DNA of 64,000 bases from Tubulanus polymorphus (taxonomy: Eukaryota > Animalia > Nemertea). The stretch spans positions 2,993,814 through 3,057,813 of the forward strand of contig NC_134034.1 of assembly GCF_964204645.1 (NCBI RefSeq), in the 5' to 3' direction. This document shows positions 29,801 through 46,140 of this stretch, in pieces. The translations under genes and the position numbers were made by a program. Positions within the stretch are counted from its first letter, which is position 1; every line of letters starts with the position of its first letter. Below the pieces are notes generated by a model. The model was not told the origin of the DNA, did no database searches, and worked only from the letters and a program-made list of their open reading frames with translations.

Positions 29801-30966
29801 TCTAAATCTTTGCAATGGTCGATGATGCTCGAGTTGTCGTTGGGTAAATAAATTCGTGTATAAAATGGCCAACGCGGCCACCATCTGAAACAGTGTTCAT
29901 TCTCTGCGGTAAGAAGCGGTAAGTGCTCCATAACATTATGGTTGGTTTTCTTTCTTGTCTAAACACGGCGCGGTTTTCGCAGCTCGGCGTTAAAGTTAGC
30001 AGAATATGTACTGGTTACTACGGAAGCGATAAAGGGCCTCGAGATGTCGCGTTCAAACTTGACAAGTCGTCATATTTATGTCGACATACCGCGATATATC
30101 GCGTCAAGTCGACATGAATATGTCGATATATCGTGACGTTTTGACGACATATTTCGTTCTCTCGACCACTTTCCACGCGGCAAGTCGACATATTCACGAC
30201 GACTTGAAACTCAGTCGTCATTTCACTGGTGTCCTCATCTTCCATTTAGACGTGTCTTCAAATGACGGCTTGTCCCGTGGAAAATGGGCGAAAAAGCGAA
30301 ATTTGTCGTGAAAACGTCACGATATGTCGACATATTCATGTCGACTTGACGCGATATATCGCGATATATCGACATAAATATGGCGACTTGTCGAGTTGGA
30401 ACGCGACATCTCGAGGCCCCTTATCGCGTCCGTATAAACGTATTCTCGATCTCTCGAACGGGTTCCTGGTTTGCGTACGATTTTCGTAACGAGCAGGCGA
30501 TGTCATTATCTATCGTTACAACAATGTAGTTTATTCTTTATCATCATCAAAGTGTGTGAACTACAGTGTGTTACAATAATGTGTCCTTCACATTCAGGCG
30601 TGACCAACCGTAATCTATGAAAAGTATAAATTCTTCGCTTTTTGAATTTTTGAAATGAATAAATTAATTCATTCATTTTTATACGTTAATACCTAGTATG
30701 CGTTAGGGGTTCCGTGTGAACTGTGCGCGTTGTGCACAACGTCATCAATATTGGCGTTTCAAAATATAAAAACGATATTTGGACGTCTATTTTGTAATCA
30801 AACATAATAGACTCCGATTTTCTATTCAATAAATTTCTTATTGATGATTTTATCGTTTTCTAGTTTAGTTCTAATCGTGGAGAGAATGAATTTCCCTTTT
30901 TTATGCTGAATTCGAATTCGGTTTTATTACCATTTCAGGAAAACAGTTGTCGCTCGAGAAGTCAAT

Positions 30967-33766
<2,800 letters not shown>

Positions 33767-34998
33767 GGGCTGATTAAGGAGAATTCTTCGAAGGGGTTGG
33801 ACTTCCAAATTGGAATGGGCATTCAATTTGAAATGGGCAGATTTAGAAACGCGAGAGCTTCACACGCGAAACTTTAGTAGCCGCGATCATACGAGCGTTT
33901 TTGGCCAGGAACAACTGTTCACACGGGTGCCCAATGGGCCCAAGCCTGTTTGGTACGACCAAAAACGTCGGACCAGGCCCGAGCCAAATTCTAGCACGGG
34001 ACATGATTGCGTCTCAATCGCAACTGGTTCCGGAGATGACTTACTTCGCTTTGTTTGGGCCAAATTTGACTCGGGTCCGATCAGCGACAATTCGGCACGG
34101 GCCAGATCGTTCCTTGTGATCGCGGCTATTGGTGGGTTTCCGGAAGCCCTCCTCGAAACGGGCATTTTGACCCTTAGCAGGGTCCATTTGGATTTATATT
34201 TTCGTCTTCTAAAAAAATTTGTTTGCAAAAAAGATTCAGATCTTTTTGTGAGGGCCATTCGAATTTTAAAGGGGTGGACTATTCCACCCGGTCCAGCCCC
34301 TAAATCCACCCTTGACAACTAAAAACCTTAGTAATCTCGTACATAAGAATGTCTGATATCTATGAATAGCTAATAAGATATAGCGATATATCAATAAATC
34401 GTTTGTTGTTTTGAAATTTTGTGGGATTTTCGTCAAATCGTGATGGTTTTCAAACCCCGTAATCAGAACTCAAAAACGCGGTCGATGCGTCGCTGTACAT
34501 CACACTTACTAATATCAAATCGATCGGAAAGAAAAAAGCCTGATCGGGCAGTGGTCTGTGGCTGATAGCAGAAGGACACGCCCATCCACTGTTCACGCCT
34601 ACGGGTATCGATTTTCTCATCGAACAAGGTCAAGGTCGGAACCAGTGTCTCTCCCTGGTGTTTCCGCGTTGGTCATTTGTTTTTCTATCGCAGACGATCC
34701 TGTTAATACTGCTACACAAACCTGTCGCAGGTATTATGTCAGATACGGGCTGGAAAAAACTGGGAACTTGGCACTCGCTCGGGAACTATGCGAACTACGA
34801 ACCATCAATAAAATCAATACATCAATACGTTCATTTCTAATGCCGACTAACAATCATTTATTTGCATTTTCAAACAAATGTTAATAATTTGACACAAACT
34901 TGAATCGTATATAGAACCAGGAAACCCGACACCTATCTTAGGACCATATACATCTTCAAATCTTAAGTATAATGAGCTGTTGCTCAAATACCCGGCAT

Positions 34999-35099
34999 TC
35001 ATGCGGAATCATCCACAGATTCAGCGGGATTATCCACAGATTCAGCGGAATTATCCACAGATTCAGCGGAATTATCCACAGCTTCAGCGGAATTATCCA
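34999..35099 (-). pseudogene. 3' fragment (acidic repeat tail only) of the secreted cationic-protein gene
   Basis: 21-bp repeats ending ...VDDSA*; truncated at the 35099 breakpoint. Confidence 0.8.
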
Positions 35100-35522
35100 A
35101 CTCATTATTCTGTTTTTGTGAAAAATCGTTTCGCTTAATTCGCTTTTTTTTCAAATTAGGCGGCAAAATTCCCACCTCGTGTTCGTAGCTTTATGTTGTT
35201 GAAATAAGCAACCGGCTTGAATACGGTACCTTTGAATATTGAGGATGGTTCCGGGTATCGACAAAACCCCGAAATGCATGCATGTATAGATTAGAAGCCC
35301 TAGGTAGAAATGTTCAGAAATTTGGGGCGGCTTTGATAGAACAATGTATCCAATAACCAGGAAGATAAACTAGAATTGATATTTCGTATTAAGTCACTGT
35401 GCATTCATTGCAGCGTTTTACACGGAATTTACAATTCATATCATTTGATAATTCATAGTATACTTTTGTTGCATCGATGCACGTAGAATTTTGGTCGTCT
35501 GTTCGATGCGATCAGTGACAGA

Positions 35523-38515
35523 ATGATGAAAATGTCCGCGTCTAAACTTCTAATTCTCGTGGTTGCGATACTGCTTTGCCGCTATGGTGCCATATCGGAA
35601 ATTATTGATGAAATCGACAGAACGCCGTGGAGTTCAGAAAGTAACTTACTAGATTATCAGAAATACCGGTCGGCACTCGGCGGTAGTATGATGCTGTATT
35701 CTGGAATAGTCGACGATAAGCGGCGTCCAAACCGACGCGACGGTATCCTCAGCAGACGCTTTTACTACGGTTGCCCGTCAGTGTGTCGCTGTTATTATAA
35801 ACGTTATGGTTTGAAATGGTAAGTAAAAATCTATTTTGTATCTATTGCCAGGGCAAATTTGTATCTAGAATTGGAGGCTGGGGTCGAATTGAAAAGAAAT
35901 GTAAAGTTTAGCAGTGTAGAGCCTGGGGTTAAAATCTCCGATGATGGCACGCGAAAAGATGCATTTGAGAGAGGATGAGTGTTAGAATAGCGGGTATGGG
36001 CGATCACTGTTCGGGTAATAAGTCAAATTCAACTAGAATTCCAATAGGCTTTTCTACGAAGACCCATGAAACCCTAATTAGAAAGGCAGGGCCCGAACCC
36101 CCTAACTCACCCGACCCTTGTGTTATTGCCGTTTCCACAACGCAATTTGATTGGAAGTTATTAATAGATTAGGTGATTTTTCGAGTTAAAAGAAACTTTT
36201 ATCCGCAACACTAACACCTGAACAAATTTTCCAGGTTTGGTATGGCTAACTGCAGGAATAAAGGACTCACGAAGTTCCCCCGAATAAAGAATAACATAAA
36301 TTTTCTGTACTTGTCGAAGAATAGGATAAAGAGCATAAAACCGTTCCGTCGATTACCGAGATTGTATTGGCTAGGATTACAGGAAAACGCATTGAGTTCA
36401 CTGGTTGGACGCAAATCACTTCATTATCTACCGAATCTGACACATCTCGATGTTTCATGTAATCCAGTACGGTTTATTGACAAACAGGCTCTCATGAAGA
36501 ATGAGTATCTGAGATTATTCGCTTACAATTTTTTTCTGTCATTCAAACCTCCAGTAGCATTTGTCAGAAGGGTGTGTCATTCAAAGCACACTGTCGAAGA
36601 TATTCATAATTTATTTCATTCTTTACAAAATTGCGCTTTCTTAGAATATTTATCTTTAATTGCTGTTTGGTCGTTTGAAGCGATTTCTTTGACTACATCA
36701 ATATTGAAATATCTACCTGTACATAATTTGAAGGTTTTAAAACTAAGCAATAATCGGATACCTGAAATTGATACAGGCTTTTTTCGTGGGTTCAAAAGTT
36801 TGGAATACCTGGGAATGGCATATTGCAGAACGAATTTTAAAAAGCATCAATTCAAAGGACTCGTTAATCTGCGTAATGTATTTTTGGTTCAGAACAACAT
36901 CCAAAATTTGAATCTCACGGAATTCATTATTTCCCACACAAGACTAGATTCAATTAACGCATTAAGTTCACCAGGTTTAACTTGCTTCGATAGTCGCACA
37001 TCATTTACCATAAACAACAGACTGACAAAATTATTAATCTCGTGTATAATTGAGCTGAATCCCGGTGAATCACCGTGTGGTACCCGATCCCCCGAGAGGG
37101 CTTTTTATTTGAGAAAGGATATAAAGAACCTGCGGAAGTTGCATTCCTTAGTGATTCATTTGAAAAGTCCTTTCGTATTCTTATGCCTGAAGTCGTTCGA
37201 TCTGTTACCCGAATCTATGCATTATATCGAAATAGACAATCTTGCAGGACCGTTTAATTACTATCTAAAAGAACAACTGCTTCATAACGCGTGTGAAAGC
37301 CTTATGTGGAATAAGACGTTTTATAAACTAACTTTGTTCGTCCTTACAGGGACGATTATTGGCAGCTGTCCTAGTCATGTACTCCGTCATATCCTAAGCA
37401 GAGTCCCTTCAGTAGAAGTACTCGATCTCTCCAGTAATGGAATTAGACATTTGGATATAAACGCATTTGAAGCAATTCTCAACTTAAAGTTTTTGAGGCT
37501 AAAGTATAACAGACTGTCCACGATTCAACCAGGTCTGTTAAAACCATTAACGAACCTACGCGTTTTGAATTTAGCATCGAATCAACTAAAAACGTTCGAT
37601 CCTGATGAAATAATTAATTTAAGACATTTTATATCCATTTCTCTTCTCGGTAATACATTTGAATGCGATTGTCAACTGAGAAAATTGCGAAATTGGCTAA
37701 AAGAGTTAGGTAGTCGTCGAACTAAAAAGCATTACTTTTACGACTTTAGGGCAGAAAAACAACACAATCATACCACGATCAAACTTGTTTGTACTTCACC
37801 AAAAAAACTATCCGGAGTTGCTATCGCAGATTTTCAGTTACATTGGATAGAATGTGACAACCACAAAGACATAATCATTTCTTTTTCAACTTTATGCGTC
37901 GCTGCTATTATTATGGCTATTGGACGAATTGTCGCCAAAAAGAAATGGCAAATTTACTATTGGTGGATGGTAAAAATCAATCGATTTCTACCGAAACTAT
38001 TACGTATAGCGACGGTAAGCCGTTCTGATGATATGAAATTTGACGGATTTCTGAGCCATAGCATGGAAGACCTTCAATTTGTCTATTTGGATTTCATACC
38101 CGAAATAGAAAAATCCAAAGATTTCGCTTCGAAGTTTTGCGTCGAGTTTCGAGACTTTACAATCGGTGGCTACATACAACAGAACAATATCGACGCTATT
38201 TACGGGTCTCGGTGGGTCGTGTTTTTGTTGACCGAATCATTCATCGAGGAAAGATGGGTAGAATTTGTAATAAGCATGGCGGCAAACCGGTGCGTCGAGG
38301 AGGGCAAAAACATCATAATCGTGCTCGATATCGATCATATACCCGAATCGCGCATGCCCGAATCCTTGCGGACGATCATTTCAAATGTTGTTTACATGAA
38401 ATACCCGCGAGACGATAAAGCCCGTTCTACGTTTTGGAAAAAGGTTCGCCTTACCCTGATCGGTAAACAGAAAAAATTCATACAACCAGCTAATATGTAT
38501 CGATCTAACCGCTAA
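35523..38515 (+). CDS. Toll-like receptor, single-cysteine-cluster type (858 aa)
   Basis: Exon 35523-35818 (signal peptide, LRRNT CPSVCRC; donor TG|GTAAGT) joins 36235-38515 (acceptor TTTTCCAG|G) in frame. It encodes LRRs, LRRCT GNTFECDCQL...C.SP...C, a TM segment and a TIR domain FDGFLSHS...RDF...FW. Confidence 0.95.
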
Positions 38516-39960
38516 TCTATCAAAGCTACTCGCCTGATATACCCGATAGTATAACCCATTTTTCAACGTACGCACATAGTCACTGGTGATATTCCCAACC
38601 CCTCAGATTTTGACACCCTAATAAAAGACTGAACGCTTCACCGGGATTTAAGTCGGCAACATCAAAACCAGGCATCACGAACAAATACATATTCAATTTT
38701 TGACCATGCACTGAAAATCAGCTTGTCCCCGATTTATAATTGTAAATAAACTAATTTCAAAACTCCGCGTGGAATCTAATTCACGACTGTATAAAAAAAA
38801 ACGATCCGGATTGATACCCATTTGAAGAAATATGATCTGTTCAATTTGAAAAATAATCATTTTCAAACGTGAAAAGATCCTTCTTGTTTATTTCATAGAT
38901 GTTATTTAGCGTGTTAACCTCACAAACTCCCCAGACATTTCGGTCACGGGCACAAAACAGTTGCTTTAAAAATGATTATTGTTATACATCAATTTTGCGT
39001 GTATAATATGTATTTAAATTGTTTAACAAGAAATATTAACTTGTAAATGTGACCGAAAAATGAGTTTGAATTTAACTTAGTTCTTTTTTACTTATTTGTC
39101 AAATATCTGATTTCGGCAATGAATTACTCCAGTATAAACAAGTAGGTCTGCTTCTGGAAAGACTTTCCGCAAGACATCCCCTAGGGTCTACTGTCGGCAA
39201 CACCCAGGGCCTAACATCACATGATAAGGAATGAAGTTATGTATGCCAAATATTTGATTTGTCATCTTGTTCACGTTTATGCGAGTAGAAATATATCAAG
39301 AATATCAAGAAATCTTGCTGTAATTTGAAATGAGTGTGTTGTACACTTAAATTTTGCGCGTTTAGATATTGTAAATGTGACCTAAAGATGAATTCTGATT
39401 TAGATATTTTCAAGTTTGTTCAAAGCGATATCATCTTGTATATAATAACCATTCGAGTATAAACTCTTGCAGTGCTCTCTATATAGATAAAAGATTATGT
39501 TATGTAAGCCGAAGAGTATCTACTTTATCATTTTTTCACGTTTATCCAAGCGAATGAAATAAATCAAGAGATTTTATCGTATTTGAAATGAGTGTTTTTA
39601 CATTTTGATTTTGCGTGTTCTAAATGTATTCAAGGTTTTAGTTCAAAATATTAATTTGTAAACGTGACCTAAATATGAATTATGAGTTTGATATGTTCAA
39701 GTTTTCCAAAGTGATATCATCTTGTATATAACAATTCTAACAGTATAAACTAGTAGGTCCGCCATTTAGTTGCTTTTGTATATATATAATAGATTATGTT
39801 ATGTTATAGTCAAGGAATTGACATTTTTTATTTCAATATACATTTATTGTTTCGATATCCTACCCGGAATTAACAGTTCCATATACGATGTTTCATAAAG
39901 TATTCATTTATTGTATCCTTGTACACGGCGGCGGAATTGACAATTCATCTCATTTAAACC

Positions 39961-40360
39961 AATTTCTTTGACCGCTTCAATATTGAAATATTGAAATATT
40001 TACCTGTACAGAATTTGAAGTTTTTAAGTCTGATGTATAATCGCATACCTGAAATAGATATAGGCTTTTTTCATGGATTTAAAAGTTTAGAAAACCTGCA
40101 GATGAACTATTGCAAAACGAATTTTCGAAAGCAACAATTCAAAGGACTCGTTAATCTTCAGGCGATAACCTTGCTACTGAACAATATCCATAATTTGAAT
40201 CTCACGGAATTCCTTATTTCCCACCCAAAACTAAAAGTATTTAACGCATTTAGTTCCCAAGGTCCCGTGCTTCGATAGTCGCACATCATTTGCCATTAAT
40301 AACACACTGACAGAATTTAGCTATCACATGTATTATTGGACTGGTTCCCGCAGAATCGAC
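39961..40360 (+). pseudogene. Partial diverged TLR LRR duplicate
   Basis: KYLPVQNLKFLSLMYNRIPEIDIGFFHGFKSLENLQMNYCKTNFRKQQFKGLVNL aligns to TLR 36680-37070; it has frameshifts at both ends and no TM or TIR. Confidence 0.88.
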
Positions 40361-40438
40361 GTTGTGTAAGCCAAGGAATAATATTATTTCTCATTCTGTT
40401 CACGTGTACTCGAGTAGAAATAATACCGTAGTTGATAT

Positions 40439-40666
40439 CAGGTGCGGGTTCAGGGGTCGTGACCTCCCCCCTGCTCAGCTACCAAAAGATCTTTAACCGT
40501 TTCCTTGAAGGAATGTACTCATGACAAAGCAAAGCGGGCGAACGATACCACATAAACGGTACCACATCATCTAATGTTTGGCCCCTATCATTAGAGATTT
40601 TAGTCGGCGGTTTATCATTAACATTTCTTATGCGCCCCTCCTGTAAAAATCCAGGATCCGCACCTG
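40439..40666. mobile_element. MITE with CAGGTGCGG/CCGCACCTG TIRs
   Basis: Terminal inverted repeat; no clear TSD. Confidence 0.6.
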
Positions 40667-41704
40667 GAAATAAGTGATTTGTACATTTATTTTGCGTGCT
40701 TAATTTATTCAAGTTTTTAATTCAAAACATTAATTTGTAAATGTGATATAAAAGATGAATTATGAGTAAGATATGTTCAAGTTTATTCAAAGTGATATCA
40801 TCTTGTATGAAATAATTATTCCGGCAAAAATACATAAAGAAATCTCATCGTATCTTTAAAAGGAGTGCTTAGCAGTTTGAGTTCGGTGTCAACTCGGTAT
40901 CCGGTACTGTCAAAGTCTCGATGTCGTTTACCATGCTCTATCGAACGTTTCGTAAATTGTTCAAATTTAGATGGACGACACTTGACCCGTATGCCCGCCT
41001 TCACCAGGCACGCTGGTAACATATCGATCTTAAAAATACTGTATATGCAAGACCCGAACGAACAGAGAATGATGAGAAAGTAAAAAGACGAATACTTCTT
41101 GTCGAAGTAAATGATGACTCTTCGTTCGACTGCGGCAATCGAGGATTCCACTTGTGGCACGCGAGGATTCACCAGGTGTCGCTAGTTTCAGACAACAACT
41201 CCCGGATTTTCTCAAATTCAATTGAAATCTATCCATAATTTCTCAAATTTGAATGGTGATCATAGTAAAATCCGCCCTTTTTATGAACCTAAAGATCATC
41301 AAGAGTTCATCAAGATGAGTGTCTGCCTAATTTCTGATGAGGGAGGCAAAAAAAATCTAGATTAAAGTTCATTAAAAATGAACTACATTTTGACAGGGTT
41401 GTCGCACCGATACGCACGCCATCTAGTGGGATAGCTAGTGGCACAGAGTCCTCATTGAAAAAGGGGCTAGATAGAAAAAATCTAACTAATCGAATGGAAT
41501 AAGAGGAATGATAAATATAGTGAAGGGTAGCAATAATGGGGAGGCTAAATTGCAGGAAATTTAAGGCCTGACTCGATGGAATTTCTTCTGGTCCCAACCC
41601 GAGGAGTTCTTCCCCGATTCACAAACCTCAGGATTCATATGATCATTTCGACGTTGGTTATACATGTAGCTATTTAAATTGAGATCTGGTCATTACATCA
41701 ACAA

Positions 41705-41776
41705 TCCTCGGTAGTATAGTGGTGAGTATCCGCGCCTGTCACGTGCGAGACCCGGGTTCGATTCCCGGCCGGGGAG
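41705..41776 (+). tRNA. tRNA-Asp (GTC)
   Basis: TCCTCGGTAGTATAGTGGTGAGTATCCGCGCCTGTCACGTGCGAGACCCGGGTTCGATTCCCGGCCGGGGAG folds as a cloverleaf with one G-U in the anticodon stem, followed by a T6 terminator. Confidence 0.95.
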
Positions 41777-42457
41777 AATTTTTATTTGGGTCGTATCATT
41801 TCTATTGCACAGTTGGCTCCCCATAAGTGGTCTTAAATCTCGAGGTAGGTGGCGCTTCGTATTACAGACAAATTTCACCGACCGACAAGCCTGTTACACG
41901 GGAGAGTTTATACACAACGATTTTACTTCACAACATCACCGTGTTTAGAAAACAATACATCACTTTATTACATAGAATCTGGGGCCGAAAGCATATTGTA
42001 CCCGCGTACACTGGGTATTTATTAGCCATGTACAAGTGCTGATTTAGGACAGGGATGGATGGTTTCTGGTTTCCAGGATCCAGACGACCGCCGCTTCCTA
42101 AGTTGATGTTGTTGCTTTTTTAGTCAAAATGGCGATCATTAAAAAGCCAACTCATCAGTGATCCACTCGGGTAAAATTGAATTCGTGTCCGGTTCCAATG
42201 GCGAGGGGGAGGGGGATGCACGTGACTGTAGAGAAGTGCAATTTGTTCTCATATCTTCTCTCTCTCTCATAAATTGAAATTGAATTATCCCCCAGCGCCA
42301 TTCAGTATTCATTATTTCAAAGATACACGTGCTGGACTAGTCAACTAAGGCATTTAACATTTTGTGCTTTAGGTTGAGCTGGGAGATGGGTCTGGTGGAT
42401 TTCAGAGTCTGGGCCCCAGTAAACCAATGATCAGATCCTAACAATGTATTCATATTG

Positions 42458-43501
42458 TTATTTTCGTTTGGCACAACGCATAACATCCGCCGCGTTGCTA
42501 CGGAAACGTCCGTTAACAACTAGATACAAAATTACGTTCACTAAAGAATCGATTTTACTCCCGATTTCGGCGCCATATTTAAACACATCGCTCTGTACGA
42601 TTCCGCGTAACCAACGAAAATCGTAGTTCAACAATGCGAACATATTCGGAAATTCGCAAAGCAAATGCGCCGTAACTATGGTGACAGTGGTAACCAGCGC
42701 CATTTTATCTTTGTTGCTGTTCGTCTGCTGCGAGCTCTTCGCCAACAATGAGCGCCGTTTCTTTTGAACGTTTATAACGCTCGAACATAAAATGGCGTTA
42801 CCGATCAATAAAAGTAAGATCGGGGTGACCGTACCGAAATATACGATGAGTGGTCGGGTATATCTGCCCATAGGGAACGGCCAAATATTCCCATAACTGT
42901 AGAAAACCTTCGATTTGAAATAAAATCGACATTGTCTGTTCAATCTTATCGGATGAATTTTATAGAGTAAATTCGGCACGGACGCGAGCACGTTGAAGCA
43001 GACGACCGCGGCGATCACGTGATTCAACGATCGTACGGTCGTCCATCGTTTGACCTTGAACGGAAACAGAACGGTAAGCACTCGTTCCAGGGTGATACAG
43101 ATCGTTATCCAATTGCGTATCATATAGAACGCGTGCACCACGCCTGGCAGATATCCGTCGAGACGCGGAAGTAACAGGTTGTGGCGGATGTAGATAAATC
43201 GTCGGCCATATTGGAAATATCTGTACAGTGCACCTACGCTGAATTCGGGAACGCTTACCAGCGAAAATAGTGCGTCAACTATTGTCAGCGCTTTCAGTAA
43301 ATGATAGGTAGGCTGGAACGAGAACCGTCTGAGCACGAAATAACAGAACACGTTTAGAATCGTAGCCACTAACGCGATAGGTGTCGCCACTAACGTGTTG
43401 ATATAGAAACGCGACCACGTGATGTAATTGGGTCGACATGTTTTATTGAAATCATGAACTAAACACTCGTCGTATAGCGGCCAAAGTCGCGAACGAGTCA
43501 T
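42458..43501 (-). CDS. Intronless class A GPCR, FMRFamide/peptide-receptor-like (347 aa)
   Basis: Seven hydrophobic segments: TM1 N, TM2 LT..D, TM3 NWITICITLERV, TM5 P..L..GN, TM6 CEFP, TM7 SLVNVILY, and helix 8 FR. Confidence 0.9.
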   Translation of the reverse strand: MTRSRLWPLYDECLVHDFNKTCRPNYITWSRFYINTLVATPIALVATILNVFCYFVLRRFSFQPTYHLLKALTIVDALFSLVSVPEFSVGALYRYFQYGRRFIYIRHNLLLPRLDGYLPGVVHAFYMIRNWITICITLERVLTVLFPFKVKRWTTVRSLNHVIAAVVCFNVLASVPNLLYKIHPIRLNRQCRFYFKSKVFYSYGNIWPFPMGRYTRPLIVYFGTVTPILLLLIGNAILCSSVINVQKKRRSLLAKSSQQTNSNKDKMALVTTVTIVTAHLLCEFPNMFALLNYDFRWLRGIVQSDVFKYGAEIGSKIDSLVNVILYLVVNGRFRSNAADVMRCAKRK

Positions 43502-43907
43502 CCTCGATGCTGTTTATAAGCGGCTGTCTGCTGTCTGCGTGGCTACTGGCAGTATGTCTGTCCTTGATGCTGTCGTCTGCCGTCTGTAAGCGTGGCTTCT
43601 ATCACTGTGTCTGTGCTGTCCCAGTCACTGTCTGTCTGACTGCCCTAACTAGTGTTACACCTGACTCCGTCACCCAATCTCTGCCTACTGCCTTATAGCG
43701 TGGCTGCTGTCCTAATGGCTGTCCGCTGTCTCTCACTATCTGTCTGTGTGTCTACTAGAATCTGCTTAGAATATTCCCTTTGGCTCAACAACTTTATTTC
43801 TCGGCCATAGATTAATTAATGATGTTGGGAACAATTTTTGGGAATATGGAAGTTTCGCCGCTCAGGTTAAAAAGAAAATTAAAGGAAAGAAAAACGAAAA
43901 CTGAACC

Positions 43908-43980
43908 TGCCGAAACCCGGGATCGAACCAGGGACCTTTAGATCTTCAGTCTAACGCTCTCCCAACTGAGCTATTTCGGC
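43908..43980 (-). tRNA. tRNA-Phe (GAA), second copy
   Basis: Identical to 6047-6119. Confidence 0.98.
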
Positions 43981-46140
43981 CGGTAATTATTGTCACGGCT
44001 TCACTACAATTTAAACCTCAAATCAATTCTGCATGTAGGCATACAATACCGCTCAGCTCGCTGTTTCTAAAGTAATTATTCCCGTTTGGACTATTCAAAG
44101 TTGATACCCTGTTTCTCATCCCGACCTCTTTCCTTTCGTAGACGTGACGAGGACGGGCGAATTTTTTGTTAATTAGCTTTTTTGAAATAAGAAATTGTGG
44201 AAATGGAACTCGTATATTTTCATATTTTCCAAGGACACGAGCCGGCGGGAGGTTCTTTCTTTTTAAATCCACAAATTATTCAGTGCATAATGTATATCAT
44301 ATGAGACAAGGGCGGAAGTTTTTCAGAGACTCGATCCATACAAGTTCAAGTGGACATCTTCATTTTGCTTGTTTTCCCGTTACAGTAACTAAAACATCTG
44401 AACTTCGAACCGAGTGACTGCATTATGAAATGGCATAATGTATAATCTCGCGTCATGCCCGATGATTTTGTGAATGGCTGGGGATGTCATCCTCATTATC
44501 GAAACTAAGAACACTAATTTTTCTCTTGATTGACTGCTTTATTAGGACACATGAGCCAAACTTATGGCTGAAGGTCGTTCTACTCGATTATAATGAATGA
44601 CTCCAGTTCATCATAGAAAAATTGAAATGTTCAATAACCGACACTACTTTTACACAATACTGATTATCGATAGAATCGAAATGCTTAAAAAAAGATTACG
44701 GTATGTACAACGCGTCATCGGGCGCGCGTGAGGTGTTTTATATCAAAAAGAAACGACCGTAAGCAATCTGACGCGAGTTTCGGACTTGGCGAGCTTCTTT
44801 TTATTTTGGCTTTCGGGAGTGACGCGGGCCGGTTTCGCGATTTGATGAGAAACAAGGTATCAACTTCGAAGGACCTTAATTTCTTAACAATTTCGCTAAT
44901 CATTTTCATCGCCACGCCGCTGCGTCGTGATGGTGACTGTTAAGGGACCTCCACCAACTATCGCGGTCTACAGTACGTAAGTTCCTCCAGGAAAGTTAGC
45001 GTCACTTGTCGTCGATCAAGTTCAATGTCCACAAGGGCTGAATTATTGTAGGATTTCCCTCGGATATGAGACGGTGCCATTTAGTTCGAATACTGTCTGT
45101 AGTACCCTGTGACTCAGGTTCCTCTTCGTCATTCCAACACATTAAAAGCGATCGCCACTCGGCATCCATCCGGCAAAGTAGGCCTACTCATACAGCGATG
45201 TCAGCAGCATACGAAAGAACATGTTCTACTCTCAGGGGTACCAGAACATATCAGAAACTAAATTAAACTAAATTGATAGACCATCCATTTAGTCCGTACG
45301 CACGATAGAGGGGAGAGGGGTCTATGAAAATGCATACAAATGCGTACAAGGGAGGGAGGGGTACGTGGCCTCCGCCTACGGTACACACCTAATAATCACA
45401 CGTAATGTCCAGTAAGTTCTTGGTATATAACTTAGTCTTAAGCCAGAGTATGCAGGGCATGTTAAGGCAAAAAAATGGTACTCGACCTCAATTTCATTCA
45501 GATTACAACGTCTGCGAATACGATCATTATTTCTAACTCTAACATCAGGTCGAATTTTCATGTTCATAAAACGCGTGGTTGAATTTTCAGATTCATAAAT
45601 TACAACTCTTCTGACTGAAGATCATCATATCGTAGAAAAACGGCTGTTGCAGTTTTTCAGAACACGTCGGTCCCCACTTATCTAACCTTAGAATAATAAA
45701 CTTAATCTGTTACTATCCGACGGGGGTTTTCAAAAATAATTGATAAAATTTCAAGATATAGGTTTATTGTATTTTGGTCCGTAACAGGTGTTGTTATTCG
45801 GAGATTGCATTCTTGCGCATGTCTTCATAAGGAGTTACCGCGGACCGGACTCGGAGTAACAATTCGTGGAAGCTGAACGTAAGTGCTGTTCCGGTATCAA
45901 TTTCTCGGAGTTTGACATTGTAATATAACTTATTAAAAGTGTATAAAGTGAGAATCGTATTTAGTCGATATTTTTAAATGAAGATTTCATTGGCGAACGT
46001 GAATTTTCGCAAGAATTCTATCTAGTTTTTTGTTCCGAATCGTACATCGTGGATAAGAAATGAATCTGACTCTTTTTCTTGATTAGAATTCGGTTTTATT
46101 ACCATTTCAGTAAAACAGTTTTTGTTCGATTCGAGTCAAG

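Larger units (their letters stand above)
38990..40810. repeat. Degenerate ~300-bp repeat (4 copies) flanking the TLR fragment
   Basis: TTGTAAATGTGACC..GATATCATCTTGTAT-like motifs at ~39040, 39370, 39655 and 40735. Confidence 0.6.
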
